A stretch of DNA of 47,979 bases from Piedraia hortae CBS 480.64 (taxonomy: Eukaryota). The notes beneath the pieces were generated by a model that was not told where the DNA came from, ran no database searches, and saw only the letters and a list, made by a program, of their open reading frames with translations. The translations under genes and the position numbers were made by a program. Below, piece by piece: positions 33,314 through 44,305 of this stretch. Where the stretch lies: NCBI GenBank assembly GCA_010093745.1, contig MU005999.1, positions 1-47,979 of the forward strand, written 5' to 3'. Numbering within the stretch: the first letter of the stretch is position 1; each line of letters starts with the position of its first letter.

Positions 33314-36300
33314 ATGTCACAGCAGATCATTCTGAGTAGTGATAGCCGTAACCACAAAGTCTGTTTCCGCAACTTCTGGGACAGCCATGAAACCACCTTT
33401 CGGGAATGCTTCCTGCCTGTTGTCGTTAACGTCCCGACCCTTTTTGCAGTCATAATTGTCTTTTCAAGACTTGCTGTGTTCTTGCTTCCAAAAAGGCCAC
33501 GCTGGACAAGGCACTTTGTTCAAGAGTATCCAGAGTCTGAGGGCGAATCTGCTCCCACTCGACAAACATGGTCTTGGGGCAATGGGTTGTTAACCGTCTT
33601 AGCCGGTGCTGGCTTTCTTGCGCAGCTTGCTCTGGTCTTTTTTGGTTCGATCAACTATTCGAATGCAACGGTAGAAGTCCTGTCGCCGGCTCTGACCTGG
33701 GTGGCTATACTTTCTGTTGCCGTGATATATCGACCGCAAACTGCTCCTCCAGATGTCCTACTGCTGTCAATATTGTTCGTCGTCTCCGAAGCCATTTTGC
33801 TTTCCCATAGAGACCGTGGCATGATCGCAGGCCTCGTCGGGACGAGCCTGGGCTTGGCTATCCTCATCGTCTTGGTGATATTATGGATGCCATTGAGGGA
33901 CCCAAGTCTAGGAGTAAAAGGGATTGCAAAGGAGAAGGCTACATCTAACCTTCGAAGTCCTGAAGACAGGCTACGCACGTGGCAGTTTCTGACTGTGTCA
34001 TGGATGAAGCCTCTTATCGATATTGGCAGCACGCGTCAGTTGCAGGACGAAGATGTCTGGCAGCTGCCGTTTGAATTCCAGCACAAAAGACTTCATGATA
34101 ATTTTCGTCTTCTCAATGGTACCGTTATACAACGACTTATCGAGGCAAATGCCATTGACCTCTGCATTTCGATTGTTATCGGCTTGCTCGAGCTCACCTG
34201 CTCTTTATCGACACCAATCTTTTTGCAACAGATATTGGCCTCTATGGAAGATCAGACTGTACCGAAACGATCTACAATCGTCTATGCATCAATGTCATTG
34301 GCTGTGAGTTTGGTAAATTGTCAGCTGGGAGTTTTTGGGCTTTGGTTTGGACGCAGAGCCTATGAACGCTCCAGGGGTGAGATGATCACCATGCTCTATG
34401 AAAAAACCCTTCAGAGAAAAATATCATTTCAGCAGCAAGGAAAGGAAACGGAGAGACCAATCCGTAGTCGCTGGGCAGTTTTTGCTTCCCTTTGCCAACA
34501 ATCCAAAGACAAATCCCGGAAAGAGCCGGCATCAATGGGCAAAATTCTCAATCTCATGAGGAATGATGTCTACGAAGTGGCGCAAAGATTCTGGGATGTC
34601 GAACAGCTTGTCACCTGTCCGCTCAGCATCATTTCTTCGGCCATCTTGGTCCTGCAGTTTCTCGGTCCATCGGCATGGCTGGCCATGTTAGTCATCTTTC
34701 TATCCCAAGTGTTCAATTTCGCCCTGGCGAGGGTCGACGTGTATTTCGAAGTCAAACGGCGAGGAGCCACTGACAAAAAGCTTCAACTGACTTCTCAGTT
34801 TGTTGAATCTATCCGACACCTTCGATGGTACGGATGGCAGAGAGCTTGGCTGGAGCAGGTCATGGAAGCCCGTCGACAGGAACTGAGAATCAAACTCCTG
34901 ACACACATATGGTTCACCGTAGTCAATTTTTTCAATGCACTGGCCATGGATTTTACTCCAGTAGTTGCATTTTATGCATATACTGTTGTGGCAAAACAGC
35001 CTCTGACTGTCCACATCGCTTTCCCGGCGCTGCAGCTTTTCAACATATTTTCCGGGGCTTTGGGTAGTCTTCCGGGCTTGATCACGATTCTCGTTAATGC
35101 TTGGGTGGCTGTTGGGCGTATTGAAGATTTCATGGCGGAACCGGACAAAGAAAAGGCAGCTACGGAAGCCCTCGTTGGTGACAGCATGTCTATTGACCAC
35201 GGGACCTTTAACTGGCCGGGAATCGACCGTCCGGTGTTGAAAGATATCGACCTCACCTTCCCTCCTGGACTTACTGTTGTATATGGCGAGCTTGCCTCTG
35301 GCAAAACCGCGCTGCTGCAGTCGCTGCTTGGGGAGTTGGACATGACAAGCGGCCAGCTCGTCATGCCGTCTGAACCTGTAGCGTATTGCGCTCAGTCACC
35401 GTGGCTGCAGAGCATGAGCATCCGGGACAACATTCTCTTTTTTGCCCCCTTAGACGAGCGCAGGTACTCGCGAGTCTTGGATGCTTGTATGCTGAATCCA
35501 GACCTTGCAGAGTTCAAAGACGGCGACCTTTCGATGATCGGAGAGAACGGTGTTGGGCTGTCCGGTGGACAAAAAGCTCGCGTTGCGCTAGCTAGGGCAT
35601 TATACAGCCAGGCGAGAATCCTACTGCTTGATGACCCGCTCTCTGCGCTTGATCAGCAGACGGCTGAGTCAGTTGCTCAAAAGAGCTTTGCCGGCCCGCT
35701 GATGGAGGGACGTACTGTTGTGTTGGTCACGCATCGAACGGATCTTGTCGAGGGAATGGCAATCCAACACGTCAAGATGCGAGAAGGTACGGCTTTTCCG
35801 CAAGACCAAGTTGCTGTTTCGACCGAGTTGAGCTCACAACCCGATGCGGTAAGTGTAATGGATCAACCTAAGGACGCTGTTCTAGACAAGTTTATCGAAG
35901 ATGAGTATCGTGCGCACGGCAGCGTCGATTATCACATATACTGGGAGTATGTCAAAGCTGGAAAGTTGAGATGGTGGGCTTTTCTTATCCTCACCCTGGT
36001 ATTTACCCGACTTGCGTCCATTGGTGCGACTTGGTTCCTCAAAACTTGGGGTGAGGCCTATAACGAGCGGCCCATAGGCTTCTTTGAGAACCTACCCGCC
36101 CCGGATATCAATCCACGACCGTGGCTGATCTGGTTCTTGCTTTTCTCGTTTGCAGAGTCAATCGCTTTCGTCGTCAACCAGGGTGCAACGCTCGTCATCG
36201 TCTACACCGCCGCACGACGGCTGTTTAAACAGATTATGGAAAGAGTTGCACATGCAACCTTTCGATTTTATGATAAGACGCCGGTTGGTCGGTTGATGAA

Positions 36301-37597
36301 CCGTATGACATCCGACATCAGCGTCATTGACGGCGGTATCAGTTTACAGTTACAAGGCGTGGTCAGCATGGGTATCACATGGCTTGCCTCCGTCCTGGTC
36401 ATCGCATCTGTCACGCCAGTCTTCTTGGCATTTCAAGTTTTCTTGGCGAGCACGTTTGTGCTGGTATTTCGAAAGTTTCTGCCGACCTCGCAGAGCCTCC
36501 GTCGGCTGGAGATGGTATCTCTCACACCGCTCATGTCGAATTTTGGATCTTTGCTCAATGGTCTTAGCACTGTTCGCGCCTTCCATGCGCAGGGTCAGTT
36601 TCAAGATGCTGTCGTCCAAGTGGTCGATACTTTCCAGAAGATGGACCACTTTTACTGGAGCTTACAGACATGGCTAAGTTATCGCTTCGATGCCCTCTCG
36701 GCCATGTCTGGCTACTTGTTAACGCTTTTAGCCTTGGCTACCAATCTTTCAGCAGGCCTGACGGCTTTTGTCTTGATCGCAGCACGACAGTTCGTCAGCA
36801 CGACGCACGCTTTGTGCAGGCAGTATGGCCAGTTGCAGATGCAATTCGTCTCGGTTGAGCGAGTGGTAGAGCTGCTACACCTTGAGCAGGAACCGCCGGG
36901 AGATGTAATGCCACCGGCTTGGTGGCCATCCGTCAGCGGTGAGGTGGTGTTTGACAATGTCACAATCAAATACGCACCGCACGCCAAACCAGCATTGAAA
37001 AGCGTCTCATTCCGCGTCAAGGGTGGGTCCAAAGTGGCTGTCATTGGGCGAACAGGCTCCGGGAAAAGCACTTTGGCTCTTTCCCTTCTTGCAACCATCC
37101 TTCCGGAGAGTGGTCACATCTTCATCGACGGCATCGACTTGGCTAGGGTCGATAAGCAGACTTTGCGTACGCGTGTCACGTTCTTGGCTCAGGATCCCGT
37201 CTTGTTTCCTGGCTCGATGCGGGAAAATCTCGACCCTGTGCAAGAGCACACGGATGAGGACTGCTTGCAAGTGCTGCATCGTGTGTGCGGCCGACAAGGC
37301 TGGGAGTTGGACACGCACGTCGAGGCGGGCGGTCGTAATTTCAGTCAGGGCCAAAGGCAGCTTGTCGGATTGGCCAGGGCGGTGCTGAGAAAGAGCTCCA
37401 TCATCGTCTTGGACGAGGCTACTGCCTCGATTGATCGTGAAACAGCCGCGCAGATACAGCAGGTCATGCATGAGGATCTAGCCAGCAGTACGGTAATTAC
37501 CATTGCCCACCGAGTTGAAGCGGCTCAACACGCGGATTATCGTATAGTACTTGCAAATGGAAAGGTCATTGATGAAGGTCCTACGAGAAATAAATAG
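33314..37597 (+). CDS. ABCC (MRP/Ybt1-like) full-length ABC transporter
   Basis: TMD-NBD-TMD-NBD layout. NBD1: GELASGKT, LSGGQKARVALARA, LLLDD. NBD2: GRTGSGKS, FSQGQRQL, VLDEATASID. Intronless, 1427 aa. Confidence 0.95.
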   Translation: MSQQIILSSDSRNHKVCFRNFWDSHETTFRECFLPVVVNVPTLFAVIIVFSRLAVFLLPKRPRWTRHFVQEYPESEGESAPTRQTWSWGNGLLTVLAGAGFLAQLALVFFGSINYSNATVEVLSPALTWVAILSVAVIYRPQTAPPDVLLLSILFVVSEAILLSHRDRGMIAGLVGTSLGLAILIVLVILWMPLRDPSLGVKGIAKEKATSNLRSPEDRLRTWQFLTVSWMKPLIDIGSTRQLQDEDVWQLPFEFQHKRLHDNFRLLNGTVIQRLIEANAIDLCISIVIGLLELTCSLSTPIFLQQILASMEDQTVPKRSTIVYASMSLAVSLVNCQLGVFGLWFGRRAYERSRGEMITMLYEKTLQRKISFQQQGKETERPIRSRWAVFASLCQQSKDKSRKEPASMGKILNLMRNDVYEVAQRFWDVEQLVTCPLSIISSAILVLQFLGPSAWLAMLVIFLSQVFNFALARVDVYFEVKRRGATDKKLQLTSQFVESIRHLRWYGWQRAWLEQVMEARRQELRIKLLTHIWFTVVNFFNALAMDFTPVVAFYAYTVVAKQPLTVHIAFPALQLFNIFSGALGSLPGLITILVNAWVAVGRIEDFMAEPDKEKAATEALVGDSMSIDHGTFNWPGIDRPVLKDIDLTFPPGLTVVYGELASGKTALLQSLLGELDMTSGQLVMPSEPVAYCAQSPWLQSMSIRDNILFFAPLDERRYSRVLDACMLNPDLAEFKDGDLSMIGENGVGLSGGQKARVALARALYSQARILLLDDPLSALDQQTAESVAQKSFAGPLMEGRTVVLVTHRTDLVEGMAIQHVKMREGTAFPQDQVAVSTELSSQPDAVSVMDQPKDAVLDKFIEDEYRAHGSVDYHIYWEYVKAGKLRWWAFLILTLVFTRLASIGATWFLKTWGEAYNERPIGFFENLPAPDINPRPWLIWFLLFSFAESIAFVVNQGATLVIVYTAARRLFKQIMERVAHATFRFYDKTPVGRLMNRMTSDISVIDGGISLQLQGVVSMGITWLASVLVIASVTPVFLAFQVFLASTFVLVFRKFLPTSQSLRRLEMVSLTPLMSNFGSLLNGLSTVRAFHAQGQFQDAVVQVVDTFQKMDHFYWSLQTWLSYRFDALSAMSGYLLTLLALATNLSAGLTAFVLIAARQFVSTTHALCRQYGQLQMQFVSVERVVELLHLEQEPPGDVMPPAWWPSVSGEVVFDNVTIKYAPHAKPALKSVSFRVKGGSKVAVIGRTGSGKSTLALSLLATILPESGHIFIDGIDLARVDKQTLRTRVTFLAQDPVLFPGSMRENLDPVQEHTDEDCLQVLHRVCGRQGWELDTHVEAGGRNFSQGQRQLVGLARAVLRKSSIIVLDEATASIDRETAAQIQQVMHEDLASSTVITIAHRVEAAQHADYRIVLANGKVIDEGPTRNK

Positions 37598-39064
37598 TTA
37601 TGGATATAGAATAATAGATACAAAGTACCTCGTTACCCCTCCGACGACCTACTGTGACGGCATCGCCGCACAGGTAAGCAAATTAGCAGTGCTCCATCAA
37701 TCCACAATCAACAACTCACCTTAAAAAAAGAACAAAACACCGCCCTCGCCAAGGTAATCGGAATCGAATTGTACCTGATCCCAAAGGGAAAAGGTACGCC
37801 GCGTATTGGACTAAAGTGATCGTTTTTACACGACACAATCTTCTCCCAGCTTCCATAGCCCACTGTACAACTGCGCCTAGCTATCTCCACTGTCATTACA
37901 ACAGCAAAAACGCACAAGACACAAAGGACAAGGCTGATTTTCTGCTGCCAGGTGCAAAGCCTCTTTCGAAGCAAGCTCTCACGAGCATGTGCAATTGAAG
38001 ATTACTCCGACTTTCTCCTTTGCCAATGGTACGCTGGGGAGCATATGATCCCTAGGGTCGGTGTGCAAGCAAAGATACGCAGCGTTGGCGAGGACAGTGA
38101 AATGTTGAGGAAAGAAAGCAAAGGTGCGGTTCGGAAATTTATGTGTGTGGACTCATGACTCAGTGGACTGGGCTAGTCTGTAATAACATTGTAGCCACTG
38201 CTAGCACGTAATTAATCGACACACCTCATCCCTTTGACATGGGATCAAGCGTGTCGTGGCTACAGGCTATAAGGTGGGAGGGCGAGCTCTAGACGTTTAA
38301 TATGAGACCATGAAAGGTGTTAGTCGCAAGAAGATATCTTGTAACGGGGAACGCCGGACGAGATCTGAAAATGGCTGCATATGACGCTGCGGAGAGAGAT
38401 AAGAGTCTGTTAGATCGGCCCCAAGAAAAACACAGACGGCAAGGAAGGGTCTACTCTTCGATATCTTCTGGATCAAAAGCCAGTACATGATACGAGCAGG
38501 GATTGCTCAGGCAACGACGGTTTCAAGGGAACTCGACGAAAACTCCAATACCTTATCAACAAGCAGCACTTGTATCCTTGTCTCCAAGTCCCACAATAAA
38601 GCTCTCGGCTAGCGCAGGCATACAACCCAAAAGCGAATCTGCCATCTGTTATTAGGGCCGCTATCGCAGGGACGTTAAGCCGAGCCCCAATTTTGGCCGA
38701 GGGGCAAGCTTATTTGACACTGGCCAAGATTGTTCTGTTTTCTCCTTGAGGGTTGGCTGCCAAAGCCGTTACTGTTGCTTTCAACTTGCAATAGCACGAG
38801 TCGGACCGATTAGAGTGAACAGTGAGGTCGATTGATGAGCATCAATCAGTTAACGGGATATATAGCATACAATTAACCGGGCCAGGTTGCATGCTCACGC
38901 ATATCGATGCAATGAATGTTGGATAGCAGCACAGACCCAATCTCCGATAACGGCATCCACTTGACTAGTTTGGATTCCAAGATACCCGACGGTAGCCGTC
39001 GAAGACTGTTCAGCACCATGTTGATAAGGGCCAGTGATTAACCACTTCCTCTACTATCATTACC

Positions 39065-40420
39065 ATGGTGTTTGAACCCACTAGAAAAACTTTGACCAAA
39101 GCCGCCTTTTCCGTCTCTCGAGGATCCGCTGCAAAGGCTCTTCATGTCACTTCTTCCAAGAATGGACTCGTATCTGCTTCACCATTTGCACCTCCAGCAC
39201 CTACACCTGCAAATGCAACTCCCCCTTTAGCCGTCCTGTCGTTTAGCCAAGTGCTACGAACATATCTTCTCACAAGCTTTTCATCCTCACCAGCGCTGCT
39301 TTCAGGGACCACGAAACTATTGCGGCGTATGCTGAAGAGTGATTCATTCCTTCTAAGTGTTGAGCGCAACCCGGTGCTTCGTACGCTGTTATTCGAGACA
39401 TTTTACCGCCAATACTGCGGTGGGAGTAATCATGATGAGGTTAGTGAATTGTGCAGTCGGTTCAAACACGAAGGTTACGCTGGGATGATATTGGAATACG
39501 CACGGGAGGTTTTGAGTGAAGGCATAGGGGACGAGGTGCATGATGTCGAAGCTTGGAGACAAGGCGTGTTGGACACGATTGCGGCGAGCAACGAGGGCGG
39601 GTTTGTCGGCATCAAGTGGTCTGGTATGGGGCCAGATGCATTACGCAGGTTGCGGGATGCTGAGAGCCCGAGCCGGAGGATGGATGAAGCGATGCATACC
39701 GTTTGCACAGCAGCCGAAAGAAAGGGCGTCTCGCTGCTTCCATCCGCGGAGGAAACGCGAACGTTGAAAGGGTTCCACAGATGGTGTCTGGCCATGCAAA
39801 GAGCTTACAATCACAAAGGGCGCAGCGTCATCTACAACGCCTATCAGGCTTACCTGAAGCAAACTCCAGGCATCCTGGCCCGTCATCTAGAGTTGGCAAG
39901 ACAAGAGGACTTTACCCTTGGCGTCAAAGTCGTGCGAGGGGCATACTTAAGTACCGAGCCACGAGATCTGATCTGGCCAACCATTGAATCCACGCATCAC
40001 GCATACAATTCCATCGCCGAGGCACTGATCCACCGAAGATGGAATGACATGGTCTCTGGGAACTCCGCCTGGCCACTAATAAACGTCTTGTTGGCTACTC
40101 ATAACGCCAACTCAGTGCACAAAGCGCAGGCTTTGCGCCAGGCGCAGGCGCTACGGGGGGAAGAGCTAACTCCGCTCGCGTTCGGCCAGCTACAGGGAAT
40201 GGCAGACGAGGTCTTTTGCCACGTTCTCCAGCAGAACGCTAGGGAAGAGTCGCTCGTCAAGGAAAAGGTCTACAAATTGACTGTCTGGGGTAGTCTACAC
40301 GAGAGTCTTAATTATCTTTTGCGGCGGGCATCGGAGAATATGGATGCTGCTGTTCGCACGGCGGATAGTAGGAAGGCTATGGGGAAGGAGATTTTGCGTC
40401 GGTGCAAGGAATTGTTGTAG
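39065..40420 (+). CDS. PUT1: Mitochondrial proline dehydrogenase
   Basis: TFYRQYCGG, YNAYQAYLK, GVKVVRGAY, LATHNANSV, FGQLQGMADE and YLLRRASEN motifs. Confidence 0.92.
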   Translation: MVFEPTRKTLTKAAFSVSRGSAAKALHVTSSKNGLVSASPFAPPAPTPANATPPLAVLSFSQVLRTYLLTSFSSSPALLSGTTKLLRRMLKSDSFLLSVERNPVLRTLLFETFYRQYCGGSNHDEVSELCSRFKHEGYAGMILEYAREVLSEGIGDEVHDVEAWRQGVLDTIAASNEGGFVGIKWSGMGPDALRRLRDAESPSRRMDEAMHTVCTAAERKGVSLLPSAEETRTLKGFHRWCLAMQRAYNHKGRSVIYNAYQAYLKQTPGILARHLELARQEDFTLGVKVVRGAYLSTEPRDLIWPTIESTHHAYNSIAEALIHRRWNDMVSGNSAWPLINVLLATHNANSVHKAQALRQAQALRGEELTPLAFGQLQGMADEVFCHVLQQNAREESLVKEKVYKLTVWGSLHESLNYLLRRASENMDAAVRTADSRKAMGKEILRRCKELL

Positions 40421-40747
40421 CTACATATAAGAGACCTTGAAGTCAGGCACGTCCAGTGCACAATCTGGAGCTGGTAACTTTCAAGTTTTACGGGTTCAAA
40501 TGCACTTGGTTTGTATCGCATCCAACAAGACGGTCTATTGCCGCGACCTCTACGTTCTTGCATAGCCTTCTCAGTTCCCGGCGGAACCCCCTCGGTAGTG
40601 ATCAGCCAGCAGCGGGACGAGCAATAGCTCGAGCGATACAGAATGTAGTCTACCAATTCTGGTAGAATATAAACCCAATGTGTGCGATGGTGTGATGTCA
40701 GAGTTTTCACTACCCCTCCACCCCTCCACCCTCTTTCATCCCACAAA

Positions 40748-42031
40748 ATGACCATCTCCAACCCCAACGTCCCCTCGGCGCCCGTGACGCCCATAAACCT
40801 CAAGCCTACCTATTCCCTCTCCACCGTAGCCGTACACGGCGATGACACTCTCGCTTCGGCAACAGACGTCGCCCCGGCCCTCCACGTATCCACCACATTC
40901 AGGTACCCGTCTGATCCCTCACGTCTGATCCCCGAAAGCGAAGCCACAACGCAGCGCTCCCCTGAAGGCCCAGTACAAGGGGATACCCATGTCTACAGTC
41001 GCCATACAGCGCCCAACTCGAGTCGTTTGGAACTAAGCCTTAGTCGAGTGGTGGGCGGGCCGGTATTGACCTACTCGAGTGGCCTCGCGGCTTTTTACTC
41101 GCTCATGGTCTACCTCAACCCGAAAGTGGTGGCCATTGGGGCGGGTTACCATGGCTGCCACGGTGTCTTAAACCTCATCAAGAAATTGACTGGGTGCAAA
41201 ATCGTCGACCTCTTTGATGAAGGGGCGTGGGAAGGGCTGGGGAAGGGCGATGTAGTCCATTTAGAAACCCCAGTTAATCCCACAGGGGAGGCGTATGATC
41301 TGAGTCACTTTGCGAATCTAGCGCATAAGCGTGGGGCGTACCTTACTGTTGATGCCACGTTTGGTCCCCCGCCATTGCAGAATCCTTTCAAACACGGTGC
41401 AGATTTTGTTATGCACTCCGGTACCAAATATTTTGGGGGCCATTCGGATCTGCTTTGTGGGGTTATTGCAATCAGTAAATTGAGGGAGGGGTGGGAACAG
41501 CATTTTTGGCATATGTTGCAGGAGAGAGAGTGTTTGGGGAATGTCATGGGCAATCTTGAGGCGTGGCTTGGGGTTAGGAGTGTGAGGACGTTGGACCTGA
41601 GGGTCAAGAAGCAGAGCGAGACTGCCACGAGGCTTGTTGGGTTCATTGCTTCCGCCTTGGGGGTTTCAACAGAAGGTGAGAAGCCTAGTGAAGAAGATGC
41701 AGCAATCATCAAGTCGACAGTTGCTAAAGTCATGCATGCTTCACTTCAGGTCCAAGATAATCCGTGGTTGAAGGACCAGATGCCAAACGGGTTCGGTCCC
41801 GTCTTTGCATTCCATCTCAAGACGTTGTCGTATGCAAAGGAATTGCCCTCCAATCTGGAACTGTTCCACCACGCCACGAGTCTTGGTGGAGTGGAGAGTC
41901 TGATCGAATGGAGGGCAATGTCGGATAATACCGTCGAGAAAACTCTGTGCAGGGTCAGTGTGGGGATTGAGGAATTTGAGGATTTGAAGCATGATTTGCT
42001 GAATGGATTGAAGAAGCTGCTGGGGAAGTGA
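40748..42031 (+). CDS. PLP-dependent cystathionine gamma-synthase/lyase family enzyme (Cys/Met metabolism)
   Basis: VAPALHVSTTF, YSRHTAPN, LETPVNPTG, VDATF, HSGTKYFGGHSD (PLP lysine), ATSLGGVESLIE and RVSVGIE. ATG at 40748. Confidence 0.92.
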   Translation: MTISNPNVPSAPVTPINLKPTYSLSTVAVHGDDTLASATDVAPALHVSTTFRYPSDPSRLIPESEATTQRSPEGPVQGDTHVYSRHTAPNSSRLELSLSRVVGGPVLTYSSGLAAFYSLMVYLNPKVVAIGAGYHGCHGVLNLIKKLTGCKIVDLFDEGAWEGLGKGDVVHLETPVNPTGEAYDLSHFANLAHKRGAYLTVDATFGPPPLQNPFKHGADFVMHSGTKYFGGHSDLLCGVIAISKLREGWEQHFWHMLQERECLGNVMGNLEAWLGVRSVRTLDLRVKKQSETATRLVGFIASALGVSTEGEKPSEEDAAIIKSTVAKVMHASLQVQDNPWLKDQMPNGFGPVFAFHLKTLSYAKELPSNLELFHHATSLGGVESLIEWRAMSDNTVEKTLCRVSVGIEEFEDLKHDLLNGLKKLLGK

Positions 42032-42057
42032 AAAAGGAAATGATATAGCATTGGTGC

Positions 42058-43536
42058 CTACGACTCGGCATCGATAAAAGTCTCTTCGTTACCGAGGCTG
42101 TCTGTCCTCTTGATTGGTCCTCCTACTGTGTGTGGCTGATACTGCTGAGACAGGGGTTGTGGCGTTTGCTGACTTTGCAGAGCAACGGGGCCAACCCTTT
42201 GTTGAGGCTGCAGCGCGGGCTGCGCGGGCTGCGCGGGCTGAACAGGTGGGGGTATCTGCCCGTTGCTTTGCCCAGGAAGTTGTGACTGCTGTGGCTGCTG
42301 CGACTGGTACGTTTGGCCCGGCATGATTGGTGCAATGGCAAGGATTTGCTCGATTTGCTTCTCTGGTGGCGTTTTGTCGTCCACGTCGGCGTTGATGATC
42401 CAGTCCAGAGACTCTTCATCACCTGCCGGAGCCGGCTTAAAGAGTTTGGGCCGCCAACTTCCTTCACCACGCTCAGCCGCTTCTCGTCGCTGCTCGTCTT
42501 CGATGCGAGTTTTATCTTCGGTAGCCGTCTTCTGGTCAGCCTTTTTGATTGCATTTGTAGTGATATTCCACAGTTTTTGGCTCTCCCGTGGGCCCTGTTC
42601 TTCCAAGGGCCTTGCCTTGACCATACTTGGCTTGGCGTTTGTGGCATCAAACAGAAGCTCCTTCTTACCCGTAGACAAATCCTGAATGTACATGGCACCG
42701 TGCCAGTGGCCGCTCAGTTCGTATAACTTGCGGCCAGTGGATGACTGCCTAATGTACCCACCGATGGCATTGTATGCCCCGCCAACCCATCCCTTTGTTT
42801 TAAACTCGATGTCGGCCTCGTACCCCGTCTCAGGACAGCGAACAATGGCCTGATCACCGAGCTCGTACTTCATCTTGCCAAAGAGAATGCCCCGTGCGTA
42901 CATGTTTGGCTGGGTGACGAAGCTGTTGACCAACAGTCAGCATAACTCTGGACATATAGACATGACATACTATCGCTCTTTACGGTTCAGAAAACGCATA
43001 ATGGCGATACCTTCCATGAAGCTGCCCACGCTATTGCCCAGAAACTTGGACCGCGGCTTCAGTGTGCCGTCGATACGGATATGGTGCGAGGGAACCATGA
43101 AAAAGTAGCTGCTCTTGGGCGGGTGGTGTGACGTCTGCTCTGATATGTAGTAGCCATGTGTCCCATCTGCGTAGTCCCAGTAGCCGGTAAATATTTCACC
43201 CAATATGGGATTAAGCGGCTTCTTGACTCCCGGCGGCTTGATGTGCCAGCCACAGAGATAAAACTGCGTCACGGCCACAAAGCGCTTGAGGGGATCCTCC
43301 ACCAGCGGCAGCGTCAACATGAGCTCGGGGTGAGCCATAAAATTTGTGATGCGCTCTAGCATACTACGAGGTTCAAGGATAAAGGTGGGAAGCGTTACTC
43401 TGGACAGGTCGGCGCCTGGGCGGAGCTGGGAGATGATGTGCGACAGCACACTGCCCTCCTCCTTACCCACCACCGTCTCGTCCTCGCCAACATCGCTCTC
43501 TTCGACGCTCGTGCTCTTGCGATGGCCCAGAACCAT
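42058..43536 (-). CDS. Oxysterol-binding protein homologue, Osh6/Osh7 type; exons 43536-42971, 42922-42058
   Basis: QLRPGADLSRVTLPTFILEPRSMLE, KKPLNPILGE and the EQTSHHPP signature. Intron 42970-42923 (GTATGT...CTGAC...CAG, 48 nt) gives ERYFVTQPNMYARGILFG. Confidence 0.92.
42214..42240 (-). repeat. 9-nt coding tandem repeat (CAGCCCGCG)3 encoding QPA x3
   Basis: Three perfect copies in the Gln/Pro-rich tail of the Osh protein. Confidence 0.85.
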
Positions 43537-43653
43537 TGTTGCGGGAGGGTGTCTGTGGAACGGTAGTGGATGAGGGGCGATTACGTCATCTGTCAAGGGT
43601 TTTCCACCCCCCACTTGAGCCGATGCGGAAGGTACACGTGACAGCTCCTGCTA

Positions 43654-44212
43654 TTACGAGCCTTTCAGGGCTATGGACCCAAGCACAAATTTGTCATTAA
43701 CATCATTCATCTTGTAGACCTTTTTGACGCGCTCATCGTCCCGAATCTCGGCCAGCTTTTCGTCTGTGAAGGCTATTGGTGTCCCTTGAACATTGTCTAA
43801 AAGATGTCTCTGCACCTGCAAAGGTTCATTGTCGACTTTGATTACCAAGACATGCTTTGTGGCTTCGCCAATTCCGAATCGAGAAAAACTTTCTGATAGC
43901 TGCAAATGTTAGGCTTAGCATACGGAATCCCATTAGCCAACGCACGTTATTATTGGGTGAAAAAGAAAAAACGATTTCGGCATGGACGTTGCGGCTCTTC
44001 ATGCGGCCCTGAAGGCGGTCGTTGATGGCGCGGAAACAGGCAGCCAGCGCTTGCCTTCTTGAGACTAGCATGGAGGCGTCCAGGAAGGCATATTCAAAGT
44101 CTGGATTTCCATCCAGCAGCTGTTGGCGTAAGAACGCCGCATTCTGCACATTCACAAAGAGACAGAGATGCAACGGATGGGCGGCCAGATGAGGCAGCGA
44201 AAAAGATTCCAT
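43654..44212 (-). CDS. CGI121: EKC/KEOPS complex subunit Cgi121; exons 44212-43946, 43899-43654
   Basis: [16 protein letters not shown]...FEYAFLDA...[29 protein letters not shown]...VKKVYK...IALKG. Intron 43945-43900 (46 nt, CTAAC branch site). Confidence 0.92.
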
Positions 44213-44305
44213 GGCACAAGTTGATTGAAATGGTCCGTGCAAGGTGTGGCTGCACAGACCACCAAACACCGGCTTCTCCCGGGGCTAACGATTGACAAGG
44301 CGAGA

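Noticed and set aside
35849..35885. Intron-like GTAAGT...CCTAAG...TTCTAG in the ABC transporter linker
   Set aside because: 37 nt, shorter than any supported intron here. Removal would frameshift an ORF that is already continuous.
37708..37974. 88-aa minus-strand ORF with a hydrophobic patch and a GTGAGT donor-like site
   Set aside because: Non-ATG start, no recognisable family, and no convincing downstream exon.
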